Source of the DNA: an uncultured Chthonomonadaceae bacterium
Lineage (GTDB): Bacteria > Armatimonadota > Chthonomonadetes > Chthonomonadales > Chthonomonadaceae
Assembly (NCBI GenBank): GCA_963835065.1
Contig: CAWIEK010000044.1
Location: forward strand, 416,001-480,000
Direction of reading: 5' to 3'
Length of the DNA: 64,000 nucleotides
The notes beneath the pieces were generated by a model that was not told the origin of the DNA, ran no database searches, and worked only from the letters and a program-made list of their open reading frames with translations. The translations under genes were made by a program, and so were the position numbers. Positions 1 to 8,195 of this stretch are shown here, one piece after another (the first letter of the stretch is position 1; each line of letters begins with the position of its first letter).

Positions 1-1
1 A

Positions 2-73
2 CACACCGTCGCCGCGGTCAGCCTGATGGCGCAAAACTTGTCTACGGTGCTTACCAATTTATGCCTTGCTTGA
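2..73 (+). CDS. hrcA: C-terminal end of heat-inducible repressor HrcA (partial)
   Basis: Frame reads HTVAAVSLMAQNLSTVLTNLCLA*, resembling the HrcA C-terminal helix. It lies directly upstream of grpE, the usual hrcA-grpE order. Confidence 0.65.
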   Translation, partial: HTVAAVSLMAQNLSTVLTNLCLA

Positions 74-78
74 GGAAG

Positions 79-168
79 GCATTAGGCATTGGGCATTAGG
101 CATTAGGGAAGATAAACATTCTAACTGACCTCCTGCTAATGCCTAATGCCCAATGCCTAATGCCTAAT
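79..168. repeat. Inverted pair of GCATTAG/CTAATGC heptamer arrays (hairpin)
   Basis: GCATTAG GCATTGG GCATTAG GCATTAG at 79-106 is mirrored exactly by CTAATGC CTAATGC CCAATGC CTAATGC at 136-163. Confidence 0.95.
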
Positions 169-189
169 TTGAAGGAGTTTCCACCACCT

Positions 190-843
190 ATGCGACGAAA
201 GATTGAAATTACCCCCGACGGGCAATCTTATATGGATAGCGAACCGGGTCTTGATGTTGAAGAGCAGGCGTCGGAACACGACGACTCTGCCCCCTCCGCC
301 AATGGCGCGTCACACGCGGATGGCGCGGAAGCCAAGCCAGATTTTAAAGGTGCGGGCGTTGGCGGCGCGGAAGCCACGATTACCGCCCTGCAAGCCGAAA
401 ACGAAGAACTGCGGACGCGCGCCGCGGACGCGGAAAAGCGTCTCATTTACGCGCAGGCGGAGTTCCAGAACGCGAAGCGGCGCATGGAAGAAGAAATCCA
501 AAATCGGCAGAGGTACGCGACGGGCGAGTTCGTCAAAAACCTGCTGCCCGTCCTGGACAACTTCGAGCGCGCCCTCAAAGCCGCCGAGCAAACTCAAAAC
601 TACGACGCTTTAATCAGCGGCGTCAATGGCACGTTAAAACAACTGCTGTCCGCCCTGCAAAAAGCCGGTATCACGCCCATTGAAGCGGTGGGACAGGAAT
701 TCGACCCCAATTACCACGAGGCCATCGGGCACACGGAAAGCGCCGAATTCCCCGCCAACACCGTCGCGGAAGAACTACAGCGCGGCTACATCATGCACGA
801 CCGCGTTCTCCGCCCCACGCTCGTTAAGGTGGCGCAAGGCTGA
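190..843 (+). CDS. grpE: Nucleotide exchange factor GrpE
   Basis: Motifs AEFQNAKRR, LLPVLDNFERAL, FDPNYHEAI and GY..HDRVLRP..VKV. Start placed at ATG 190 after GAAGGAG; the upstream ORF extension is heptamer-derived. Confidence 0.97.
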   Translation: MRRKIEITPDGQSYMDSEPGLDVEEQASEHDDSAPSANGASHADGAEAKPDFKGAGVGGAEATITALQAENEELRTRAADAEKRLIYAQAEFQNAKRRMEEEIQNRQRYATGEFVKNLLPVLDNFERALKAAEQTQNYDALISGVNGTLKQLLSALQKAGITPIEAVGQEFDPNYHEAIGHTESAEFPANTVAEELQRGYIMHDRVLRPTLVKVAQG

Positions 844-931
844 GTTAGTTGATAGTTGATAGTTGATAGTTGATAGTCCCGTCTGCCGGGCTACTTTCCT
901 ATCAACTATCAACTATCAACTATCAACTATC
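844..931. repeat. Inverted pair of GATAGTT/AACTATC heptamer arrays
   Basis: About 4-5 GATAGTT units follow the grpE stop and about 4-5 AACTATC units precede the glmM start. Confidence 0.95.
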
Positions 932-934
932 CCT

Positions 935-2314
935 ATGAACGAACGACTTTTCGGAACCGATGGCGTGCGCGGCGTGGCGAACGTGGGTTTGCCGGCGAAA
1001 CTGGCGCTGGAATTGGGCTGCGCGGCGGGGCACTGGGCGCGGCGCGCGGCGCTGCCTTCAGATTCCACCTATGCGCGCCCGACGATTATCATTGGGCGCG
1101 ATACGCGCTTGTCTGGCGACATGCTGGAATCCGCGCTTGCGGCGGGCATGGCTTCCGCGGGCGTGGATGTGGTCAATGTCGGCGTTGTGCCGACCCCCGC
1201 GGTGGCGCAGATCGTGCTGGCGCGGGGCGCGAGCATGGGAGCCGTGATTTCCGCGTCCCACAACCCCTTTGAAGACAACGGCATCAAGTTCTTCGGCGCG
1301 AACGGCAAGAAACTCCCCGACCGCGTGGAAGACGACATTACCGGCCTGATGCACGTAATGGAGACCCTGCCCAAGCCCACAGGTGGCGACATCGGGCGCA
1401 TCCATTTGACGCGCCTGCCGGTTGCCGATTATGTGGAGCGGGTGACGGCAACGGTTGCCGCGCATGGCGCGACGCCGCTTGCGGGTTTGAAACTGGTCAT
1501 GGACTGCGCGAACGGCGCGGCCTATGAACTTGCCCCCAAAATCTTCCACGACTTAGGGGCGCACCTCACCCTCCTGGAAGTGGAACCCGACGGCATCAAT
1601 ATCAACGTAGACTGCGGTTCCACGCATCCCGAAGAAATGGCCGCGATTGTCCGCGCCACCACCGCCCACGCCGGGCTTGCCTTCGATGGCGACGCCGACC
1701 GCGTGATGCTGGCGGACGAAAACGGCAGTATTGTGGACGGCGACCGCATGATGGCGATTATCGCCCTGCACCTGCACGAAACAGGGCAGTTAGCCGGCAG
1801 CCTCGTGGTTGCCACCATTATGAGCAACGTCGGACTGGAACAAGCGCTGGAACAGCATAACATCCGCCTGCGCCGTACCGACGTGGGCGACCGCTATGTG
1901 GGCGAAGCCATGACCGAATTGGGCGCGGCGGTGGGCGGCGAGCAGTCCGGGCATATTCTGCTTCCCAATATGACCCCGACGGGCGACGGTTTGGTGACGG
2001 CGCTGCAGGTGCTGGCAATCATGCGGCAGTCCGGCAAACCCCTGTCGGAACTGGCGGGCGTGGTGCAAAACTACCCGCAGTTGCTCCAAAACGTCCGCGT
2101 CAAATCCAAGCAGGGCTGGAAAGAAGACAGCGACATCCAGGCCGCGATTGCGCAGGGGCGCGCGAAATTGGGCAAACCCGAATGGCTGTCTGTCCGTCCC
2201 TCCGGCACAGAACCACTGTTGCGCGTGATGGCGCAAGGCACGGACGAAGCCACCGTCCACAGCGTCGTCAACGAAATCTGCGCTGTCGTCGCTTCCAAAC
2301 TCGGCACGGCGTAA
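935..2314 (+). CDS. glmM: Phosphoglucosamine mutase
   Basis: Motifs LFGTDGVRG, GRDTRLSG, ISASHNP (phospho-Ser), AFDGDADR, GGEQSGH and RPSGTEPLLRVM. Confidence 0.97.
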   Translation: MNERLFGTDGVRGVANVGLPAKLALELGCAAGHWARRAALPSDSTYARPTIIIGRDTRLSGDMLESALAAGMASAGVDVVNVGVVPTPAVAQIVLARGASMGAVISASHNPFEDNGIKFFGANGKKLPDRVEDDITGLMHVMETLPKPTGGDIGRIHLTRLPVADYVERVTATVAAHGATPLAGLKLVMDCANGAAYELAPKIFHDLGAHLTLLEVEPDGININVDCGSTHPEEMAAIVRATTAHAGLAFDGDADRVMLADENGSIVDGDRMMAIIALHLHETGQLAGSLVVATIMSNVGLEQALEQHNIRLRRTDVGDRYVGEAMTELGAAVGGEQSGHILLPNMTPTGDGLVTALQVLAIMRQSGKPLSELAGVVQNYPQLLQNVRVKSKQGWKEDSDIQAAIAQGRAKLGKPEWLSVRPSGTEPLLRVMAQGTDEATVHSVVNEICAVVASKLGTA

Positions 2315-2413
2315 GTTCTCCTGCCGCAAGCCGGCACATCAAAATTCACGTTTCCAGCGCGCGAAGGGGTTCAGCCCGTCGCGCCACCAAAAGAAGGTCT
2401 TCACGAGAACACT

Positions 2414-3454
2414 ATGACCACACCCCGTATCGCTTCCGTTTCCGCCGAACTGTTTCATACGCCCCTGCACAACCCGTTTGTCACGTCACAGGGCGTGGCG
2501 ACGGAAGCGTTGGGCGTGGCCGCGCTGCTGACTTTGGATAACGGCAAAACAGCGCGGGGAGAGTCCATTCCGGTCACGTATGTTACGGGCGAAACGCGCG
2601 ACACGGTGATGGAAACTATTGGGCGCGTCGGACCGGAATTGATCGGTGTGGACGTCACGCTCTGGCGGCAGGCGCTGAACCTTATCAAGGAACACGCCCC
2701 GGACGCTCCCTGCGCGCGGTGCGGGCTGGAAATGGCGGTTTTCGATGCGTGGGAACAGGCAACGGGCAGCCATTTGTGGAAACTGCTGGGCGGCGCGACG
2801 GAAAGCGTTGAATCCGACGTAACCATTCCCATACTGCCCAACGCGCAGGAACTGACCGAAATCGCGTGGGCGTTGGGCATCAACACGTTCAAAATCAAAG
2901 TGGGCGCGCGGGATGTGGAGGAAGACCATGCCCGCGTCCTTGCCGTGCGGGAAGCCGCGCCCCTTGCCCGCCTGCGCATTGACGCCAATCAAGCGTTTAC
3001 GCCCCCGCAGGCCGTTGCGTTTATCGAGCGCGCGGTGGCGGAAGGCGCGAACGTGGAACTGCTGGAACAGCCGGTCGCCAAAGAAGACATAGACGGCATG
3101 AGTTATGTGGCGGAGCGCAGCCCGGTTCCTGTTTTCGCGGATGAAAGCTGCCGCACGACAGCCGACGCGCTGCGCCTCGCGCAAACCCCCATACAGGGCT
3201 ACAACCTGAAAATCAACAAAAGCGGCATCGGCGCGGTCTTAGATATTATTGCCATCGGCAAGGCGGCAGGCAAGAAATTGATGCTCGGCTGTATGCTGGA
3301 AACCCGCCGCAGTATCGCCGTTTCACTAGGCATCGCTTGCGGCACGGGCGCGTTCGACTATCTTGATCTGGACTCGCACCTGCTTCTCGCCGAAGACGGC
3401 GTAAACCCCTACTTCGACCAGGTTGGCGGCAAAATCACGCTGCGGGTTGAGTAA
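2414..3454 (+). CDS. Enolase-superfamily dipeptide (L-Ala-D/L-Glu) epimerase-like protein
   Basis: Motifs KIKVG, RIDANQ, EQP, ADES, NLKINKSG, GCMLE and DLDS. Confidence 0.85.
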   Translation: MTTPRIASVSAELFHTPLHNPFVTSQGVATEALGVAALLTLDNGKTARGESIPVTYVTGETRDTVMETIGRVGPELIGVDVTLWRQALNLIKEHAPDAPCARCGLEMAVFDAWEQATGSHLWKLLGGATESVESDVTIPILPNAQELTEIAWALGINTFKIKVGARDVEEDHARVLAVREAAPLARLRIDANQAFTPPQAVAFIERAVAEGANVELLEQPVAKEDIDGMSYVAERSPVPVFADESCRTTADALRLAQTPIQGYNLKINKSGIGAVLDIIAIGKAAGKKLMLGCMLETRRSIAVSLGIACGTGAFDYLDLDSHLLLAEDGVNPYFDQVGGKITLRVE

Positions 3455-3457
3455 ATA

Positions 3458-3576
3458 TTTCACCACCAAGACGCCAGGAACACCAAGATAAGAAAACAAC
3501 GAAAAGATAGTGAATGGGAAAACTGTTCGTTTTTCTTCTCGTTCTTCTTGGTGTTCTTAGCGTCTTGGTGGTGAAT
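3458..3576. terminator. Long CACCAAGA-type inverted repeat between convergent genes (likely bidirectional terminator or repeat element)
   Basis: TTCACCACCAAGACGCCAGGAACACCAAGA pairs with TCTTGGTGTTCTTAGCGTCTTGGTGGTGAA. Related single arms occur at about 50367 and 63921. Confidence 0.75.
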
Positions 3577-3578
3577 AG

Positions 3579-4757
3579 TTACGCCTGAATAATAGAAGCG
3601 GCAAAACGCTCCATCTCCTCTAACTGCGGGCTGCATTGCAGCAGCAGGAAATCCACGCCGACGGCTTCAAACGCGGCGATTTGTTCCTGCACCTGCGCGG
3701 GCGTTCCCACCAGACCGGAGCGCAGGCCGCGATTGGAAACCGAGTAATCTTCCAGCGACACCTGCTGTTCCAGTTTCGTTCCCGCCAGCCATTGCTGATA
3801 ATTGGCGTACCCCGCTGCGGAACTCTTGACATCCGTTATCCGCGCTTTTTCCGCCTGCGCGTCCGCTTCCGTGTCCCGCACGATGCTGTACGCCGCCACG
3901 CCATACAGCATCGGCTCCAATCCGAACTGTTTGCGCCGCGCGTTCATGTCCCGTATCCGCTCCCCGATCTTTTCGGGCGGGTCGCCGTGCATCACATACC
4001 CATCACACGTCCGCGCAATCAAATTCTTCGCCGCCTCCGACTCGCCGCCGGCGTAGAGGAGGGGAGTTGAGGGTAATGATGAGTGATGAGTGATGAGTGA
4101 TGAATGGGATTTTGCATTGTATTCATCATTCATCATTCCGCGTTCATCATTGCCTGCTGTTCCCTGTTCCCTGTTCCCTGTTCCCTGTCCCTCCTCTTCT
4201 TCCTTTTCCCTTTTCCCTTTTCCCTTTTCCCTTCCTAAAGGTTTCGGCTGCAAAATGTTGTCTTCAACCTTGTAATAGCGGCCTTCGTGGGAGAAATGGT
4301 CCTGCTGCCAGACGCCGTTGAGGACGGTGAGCCATTCTTCGGTGCGGGCGTAGCGGTCGTCGTGCTGCTCGAAGTGGACGCCGTATTTTTTGGCTTCGTC
4401 GGCCCACCACGAACTGACGACGTTGAGCGACAATCGGCCCCCGCTGATGTGGTCAATGTTGGCGGCTTGCTTGGCGAGCAGGGCCGGGGAATGGAACGTA
4501 GGCCGCACGGCGACCATGATTTCCTGTGTTTTGGTAATCGCCGCCAATGCCGCAGCCGTTGACCAGGCATCCAGCGAGGGCGCGTCCGTGCCTTTAATAT
4601 CGTTGAGGTTGAGTTCGGCCACGAGTGTCAGGTCAAAGCCGATTTCTTCGGCCCGCAAAGCCACGCGGGACGCATATTCCCACGTCGCCGCCATGTTCTC
4701 CTGTTCCACATTGCGCAGCCAGCCGCCGAAAATGGGCAGCCAATATCCGTAACGCAT
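3579..4757 (-). CDS. LLM-class flavin-dependent monooxygenase (SsuD/SfnG-like) with a ~50-aa repeat-derived insertion
   Basis: Motifs MRYGYWLPIFGGW, AELNLNDIKG, AKQAANIDHISGGRLSLNVVS, YAGGESE and GLVGTP. Confidence 0.9.
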   Translation of the reverse strand: MRYGYWLPIFGGWLRNVEQENMAATWEYASRVALRAEEIGFDLTLVAELNLNDIKGTDAPSLDAWSTAAALAAITKTQEIMVAVRPTFHSPALLAKQAANIDHISGGRLSLNVVSSWWADEAKKYGVHFEQHDDRYARTEEWLTVLNGVWQQDHFSHEGRYYKVEDNILQPKPLGREKGKGKREKEEEEGQGTGNREQGTAGNDERGMMNDEYNAKSHSSLITHHSSLPSTPLLYAGGESEAAKNLIARTCDGYVMHGDPPEKIGERIRDMNARRKQFGLEPMLYGVAAYSIVRDTEADAQAEKARITDVKSSAAGYANYQQWLAGTKLEQQVSLEDYSVSNRGLRSGLVGTPAQVQEQIAAFEAVGVDFLLLQCSPQLEEMERFAASIIQA

Positions 4758-4762
4758 AAGTA

Positions 4763-4887
4763 AATGATGAATGATGAGTGATGAATGATGAGTGATGACA
4801 GAGATGCGTATTCCGTTCCTCCCTGCTAATAGGAAAGAGCGAACTGAAGCGAATCTCTTCATCACTCATCATTCATCACTCATCATT
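4763..4887. repeat. Inverted pair of GATGA(A/G)T / (A/T)CTCATC heptamer arrays
   Basis: Mirror arms at 4763-4799 and 4858-4887. The right arm supplies the last codons and stop of the ATP-grasp gene (MMSDE*). Confidence 0.9.
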
Positions 4888-5843
4888 TTCCTTTCTAAGA
4901 AGTCTGCCAACCGTTCGTGCGGGTCGAAGCCGATGACGCGGCGGGCGTCGGCGACGAAGTTGGACAGGGCGTTGATGTCATAATACACAAGCCGCCCGTC
5001 GCGGTCATCTACCATCACTTCGATGCCGCCTACGTCTATTTTGGCCGCCTGCATGATTTGTTCGACGGCGGCAATGGTTGCGGGCGCGGGGCTGGCGGCT
5101 TCTACGGTCAGGCCGGTTTTGGGCGCGTCAGCGGGGCAGGCCGCGCGTTCGAGCGCGACGCCGGATTGCGTTTGGCAAATGTCGGCGGGGCACAGATTGA
5201 AACTGTCGCCGGACGTGTACACATTGATGGCGTACAGAAATTTGCCGCCCAATGTTTCCAGCCGCGTGATGTGCCCACCCCGCGCCGGGATGTACTCCTG
5301 CACCAGCGCGGTAGAGTCTATGCCCAAATCAATTTCCTGACTGTCCGCCGCGCGTTTTAGCTGCTCCATGCTGTCGTAGCGCACGATTCCCGCGCCGCTG
5401 CCGCCGATGTTGGCCTTGACGACAACGGGAAAGCGCAAGCCTTCGGCGGCAAGGGGCGCGAGGCTGCCGTGATTGATGACATGCGCGGCGGGATACGCCA
5501 ATCCGAGCGAAGCCAGCAGTTGCAGTTGCAGCGCCTTGCTTGTCTCGTAGGTGAACGCCTGAACGCCATTAACAACCGGAATCCCTTGCCGCTCCAGATG
5601 GTTGAGCCAGCCGAGCGTGTAAAACAGGCTGTTGCCGCCATCGCGCAGGTACGCGGAGGGACTCATGCGGTTGAAGACGAGCGAATACGACGTGGCCTCC
5701 TCCCGCGAAGCCGGGTCGTACCAATGGCGGCGGGCGTCGAGTTTCACGTAGGGCACATTTCGCCGGTCAAGTTCGGCAAACAAGGGGCGGAACCAGTCCG
5801 GGTGTTCGTAATAAATGCCAATCGGCTTGTTTTGTGTGGTCAT
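4869..5843 (-). CDS. RimK/glutathione-synthetase-like ATP-grasp protein
   Basis: Motifs FNRMSPS, FPVVVKANIGGSGAGI, LVQEYIP, GGIE and YYDINALSNF. Confidence 0.85.
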   Translation of the reverse strand: MTTQNKPIGIYYEHPDWFRPLFAELDRRNVPYVKLDARRHWYDPASREEATSYSLVFNRMSPSAYLRDGGNSLFYTLGWLNHLERQGIPVVNGVQAFTYETSKALQLQLLASLGLAYPAAHVINHGSLAPLAAEGLRFPVVVKANIGGSGAGIVRYDSMEQLKRAADSQEIDLGIDSTALVQEYIPARGGHITRLETLGGKFLYAINVYTSGDSFNLCPADICQTQSGVALERAACPADAPKTGLTVEAASPAPATIAAVEQIMQAAKIDVGGIEVMVDDRDGRLVYYDINALSNFVADARRVIGFDPHERLADFLERKMMSDE

Positions 5844-5877
5844 GGTGTTTTCACTGTCGTCCAGATGGAATACGCAA

Positions 5878-6723
5878 CTACTGACCGGACATTCGCAGCA
5901 ACTGTGTTTCATCTTCCGTTTGCGCGTTCGCTGCGGGGCGCAGCAGAATGTCGGGCGTTGTGGCGTGTTCCGAAGCGCGGAGCAGGGTTTGACTGCTTTG
6001 CATCTGCTGTGCCCGCAGTTGCAGGAACGGCAGGCAATTCAACGCCGCGTCCCGAACTTCCACATCCCCTATCGCGTTTTGCAGCAGACGCTCAACCGCT
6101 TCCAGTTCCGCGCCGTCGCCGATATGTTCATACGATTTCAGCACGGACACCGCCAGTTTTTTGTTGTCCGTGAACAAAACCTGCCGTAACTGTTTGCGTT
6201 GTTCGCCGTTGAGCAGGTGCGCGTCACTCGCCTGCAAACGCGGCAGCAGCCTGACTAACGCTTGCCGCGCTTCCTGCTGCGTGACTTCATCCTGGAAATT
6301 GAGCGCGTCTATAAGCGGCCCGACAATCCTAACATCTTCAAAGTTCAGCAACCGACGCACTCCGTTACTTCGCAAGTTCGGCCAACTTCCTGCAAGAACT
6401 AGCAATATTCCGAGCGGCCACCCAAATACCTGCAAGACGGGAGAATATTTAGGAGAACCATGAAATATGCAGTAACCTACAACAATGTTTCCTGCCAACA
6501 ATCCGAGGAGGCAAGACGCACCCAACTGCCAACGCTTACCCCACAGACTTGTCATCGCTTGATAGCTCGTAAGCAGGCGCGGCAAACCATCCGGCCACTC
6601 TTCGCGCAGTTCCTTAACAGCGGCCAGACGTTCCGCTTCCCGCTTGCTGTTGAGTTGCGCAATCAGCCTGGCGAAACGCTCATTTGCCTTGCGTTCTTCT
6701 TTTGTCAGCAGTTTGAGGGGCAT
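5878..6723 (-). CDS. Membrane-anchored HEAT-repeat-like protein, 'LLR'-tail family (copy 1)
   Basis: Two hydrophobic segments, helical repeats and a C-terminal LLRAS..LLRPA..LLR tail. The 3' half is near-identical to 7326-8192. Confidence 0.75.
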   Translation of the reverse strand: MPLKLLTKEERKANERFARLIAQLNSKREAERLAAVKELREEWPDGLPRLLTSYQAMTSLWGKRWQLGASCLLGLLAGNIVVGYCIFHGSPKYSPVLQVFGWPLGILLVLAGSWPNLRSNGVRRLLNFEDVRIVGPLIDALNFQDEVTQQEARQALVRLLPRLQASDAHLLNGEQRKQLRQVLFTDNKKLAVSVLKSYEHIGDGAELEAVERLLQNAIGDVEVRDAALNCLPFLQLRAQQMQSSQTLLRASEHATTPDILLRPAANAQTEDETQLLRMSGQ

Positions 6724-6772
6724 GGCTCACTACTCCGGGGGCTGAATATCTTCGATCATATCTGTCAGCAAT

Positions 6773-7222
6773 TTACCATGTTTTGAAGCGGTTAAGACTT
6801 GAAACATTCGGTTTCCAGTGAATAGTCATAAAGATGTCGTCATGTACCATGTCTGCCAGCGGTTGGGGCAGGGCAGCAACCCACTGTTCGATGGGAACAC
6901 TAACTCTATCCCAATAATCCAGAGCCGTTTGCGCGTCTGTCGCCATCGTCTGCCTGATGTGAATGAGCCGCCGTCCTGTTTCCGCATCTATGTGCGACTT
7001 GATTTCAAGCTGCTCCAGGGGGATGTTGGATTGTATCCGCTCCTGCGTGAGCAAATCTATCAAGTGATCTACAAGAGTTTTGTGGCAACTCAGCAGTGGC
7101 AAGACTGCCGTATCAATTTTGGGGCTAAAAGGCACAGCAGATACAGGGAGGGATGCAGAGCCTGACGTGTTCGCAGGAAAAACAGGAAAGAACGATTGTT
7201 GCACATTCACTTTTTCAGCCAT
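6773..7222 (-). CDS. Hypothetical protein (low GC) between the duplicated genes
   Basis: ORF with AAGGA upstream of ATG 7222. No recognisable motif. Confidence 0.55.
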   Translation of the reverse strand: MAEKVNVQQSFFPVFPANTSGSASLPVSAVPFSPKIDTAVLPLLSCHKTLVDHLIDLLTQERIQSNIPLEQLEIKSHIDAETGRRLIHIRQTMATDAQTALDYWDRVSVPIEQWVAALPQPLADMVHDDIFMTIHWKPNVSSLNRFKTW

Positions 7223-7325
7223 ATCGGTGTCCTTATGCCTTACTTTAGTTGCGAGAACACGTTCCCTCAGGGTTACAGTGCAATACCTCATCGGAGAATT
7301 CCAGATTAGAATTATTCATACGCAA

Positions 7326-8192
7326 CTACTGGCCGGACATTCGCAGCAACTGCGTTTCCTCTTCGGTTTGCGCGTTCGCTGCGGGGCGCAGCAAAATGTC
7401 GGGAGTTGTGGCATGTTCCGAAGCGCGGAGCAGGGTTTGGCTGCTTTGCATCTGCTGTGCGCGCAGTTGCAGGAACGGCAGGCAATTCAACGCCGCGTCC
7501 CGAACTTCCCCATCCAGTTGTTCGTTTTGCAGCAGGCGTTCAACCGCTTCCAGTTCCGCGCCGTCGCCGATATGTTCATACGCTTTCAGCACAGACATCG
7601 CCAACTCTCTGTAGTCCGTGAACAAAACCTGCCGTAACTGTTTGCGTTGTTCACCATTGAGCAGGTGCGCATCACTCGCCTGCAAACGAGGCAGTAACCT
7701 GACTAATGCCTGCCGCGCTTCCTGCTGCGTGATTTTGTCCTCAAAGGCAAGCGCATCTGCCAATGGGCCAACCATCTTAATATCATCGAAGTTTAGCAGG
7801 TGGTGAACGTAAGAACTGCGTACATTAGGTGCAGTTGCACAAAACACGATACATATACCAAGCGGTAGCCATACTGAGTTGTACCAATGGGCGCAAGTAG
7901 GATATCCTTGACGGCTGGCGTAGACATCAATCGCAAACGATGCGATCATCCAACAGAAACTATATAGGCCCCATTTGATACGCTTATTCCAGATGTTTGT
8001 TGTAGACCGGTATCTTGTGAGCAAACGCTGCATACCATCCGGCCATTCTTCGCGTAGTTCTCTTGCAGCGGCAAGGCGTTCCGCTTCCTTTTTGCTGTCA
8101 AGGCGCGTGAGCAATTTACGGAATTGCTCATCTGCCTTCAGCGCTTCTTTGTTTGCCTTACGTTCTTCCTCTGACGGCAATCTGCGGGGCAT
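7326..8192 (-). CDS. Membrane-anchored HEAT-repeat-like protein, 'LLR'-tail family (copy 2)
   Basis: Paralog of 5878-6723. Starts 3 nt after the recJ stop. Confidence 0.75.
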   Translation of the reverse strand: MPRRLPSEEERKANKEALKADEQFRKLLTRLDSKKEAERLAAARELREEWPDGMQRLLTRYRSTTNIWNKRIKWGLYSFCWMIASFAIDVYASRQGYPTCAHWYNSVWLPLGICIVFCATAPNVRSSYVHHLLNFDDIKMVGPLADALAFEDKITQQEARQALVRLLPRLQASDAHLLNGEQRKQLRQVLFTDYRELAMSVLKAYEHIGDGAELEAVERLLQNEQLDGEVRDAALNCLPFLQLRAQQMQSSQTLLRASEHATTPDILLRPAANAQTEEETQLLRMSGQ

Positions 8193-8195
8193 GGC

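Noticed and set aside
74..189. CIRCE element before grpE
   Set aside because: The inverted repeat is heptamer-based and does not match TTAGCACTC-N9-GAGTGCTAA.
139..4865. N-terminal extensions of grpE (139), glmM (863) and the LLM gene (4865) in the ORF track
   Set aside because: They are translations of intergenic heptamer arrays. Better starts with an RBS or family-typical N-termini lie downstream.
5878..8192. Paralog pair as a diversity-generating retroelement (TR/VR)
   Set aside because: There is no reverse transcriptase in the window, and the differences form a block of wholesale divergence rather than adenine-specific substitutions.
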